64,000 nt of DNA from Kudoa neothunni (lineage: Eukaryota > Animalia > Cnidaria). Below the pieces are notes generated by a model. That model was not told where the DNA came from and ran no database searches. It saw only the letters and a list, made by a program, of their open reading frames with translations. The stretch spans positions 13,959,118-14,023,117 of the forward strand of contig OZ199838.1 in the NCBI GenBank assembly GCA_964304625.1, read 5' to 3'. Below, piece after piece: positions 63,457 to 64,000 of this stretch (position 1 is its first letter; every line of letters begins with the position of its first letter). A program made the position numbers and the translations under genes.

Positions 63457-64000
63457 GATTGATTTGTTGTCCTAAATTCATGTAATTCATATATTGGAAA
63501 CGTTACAAAACATTATTTTCCATATATCAACCTACTCTAATATAAAATAACAACAACCGAGCAAGGAGCCGATCTCACTTTAATTTTCGGAAACTATTAT
63601 AAGCTGATAACTTCGGTTATTGATCTGCGACTTAATGTGGGGTGGATTTAATGGTCGTTTTCAATTTAATATAGCCAATTTAAACCACTTTAAACATAAG
63701 TCATGAGTATTAATAAGTTATATGCTCATTAATCATACTAAGTTTGTTATTCTATTTATTTTTTTCGTTTTACTAATTATCTTTATTATTTTATAAAACT
63801 CTTTCTATTATTTTTTCAATCAATATAAAGTATTAATCTCCATAATAATGAAATTTTTTCGATCCTCAATTTCTTATTCTTAGCTTAAGGTTTCTTACTA
63901 ATCCACTTGCGATGTTATAAATAATATTGTTTGTTTATTGTCTATAAAAGAAATGTATTTTGCTAACTATATCAGTATATTGAAGGATCTAGTTAATGTT

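Noticed and set aside
1-64000. CRISPR arrays, rRNA or prokaryotic operons
   Set aside because: None seen; the sequence is intron-containing eukaryotic DNA and its repeats are TE termini or microsatellites

Overview
AT-rich eukaryotic (animal-type) genomic DNA with very short GT-AG introns (mostly ~30-60 bp) and a very heavy load of decayed, nested DNA transposons. The features would fit a reduced parasite such as a myxozoan, but that is inference only. Host genes reconstructed by hand across introns: two tandem papain-family (cathepsin L-like) genes, a CD39/NTPDase-like membrane protein, a small COX8-like mitochondrial protein, a TAO kinase, 7-dehydrocholesterol reductase (DHCR7) and a SNX1/2-type sorting nexin. 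Mobile DNA: several piggyBac families and MITEs (TTAA TSDs), hAT (Buster, SPIN/GTF2IRD2, ZNF862-like and MITEs), Tigger/pogo, non-autonomous Helitrons, a MULE-like MITE, CAC-terminal elements, a BEL/Pao integrase fragment and tRNA-derived fragments. The most notable observation is two intact genes that appear to encode secreted/surface pseudoenzymes. One is a cathepsin with catalytic Cys->Gly and oxyanion Gln->Glu, sitting beside an active paralog. The other is an NTPDase-fold protein whose phosphate-binding ACR1/ACR4 motifs have degenerated. Exon boundaries were read by eye and are approximate.
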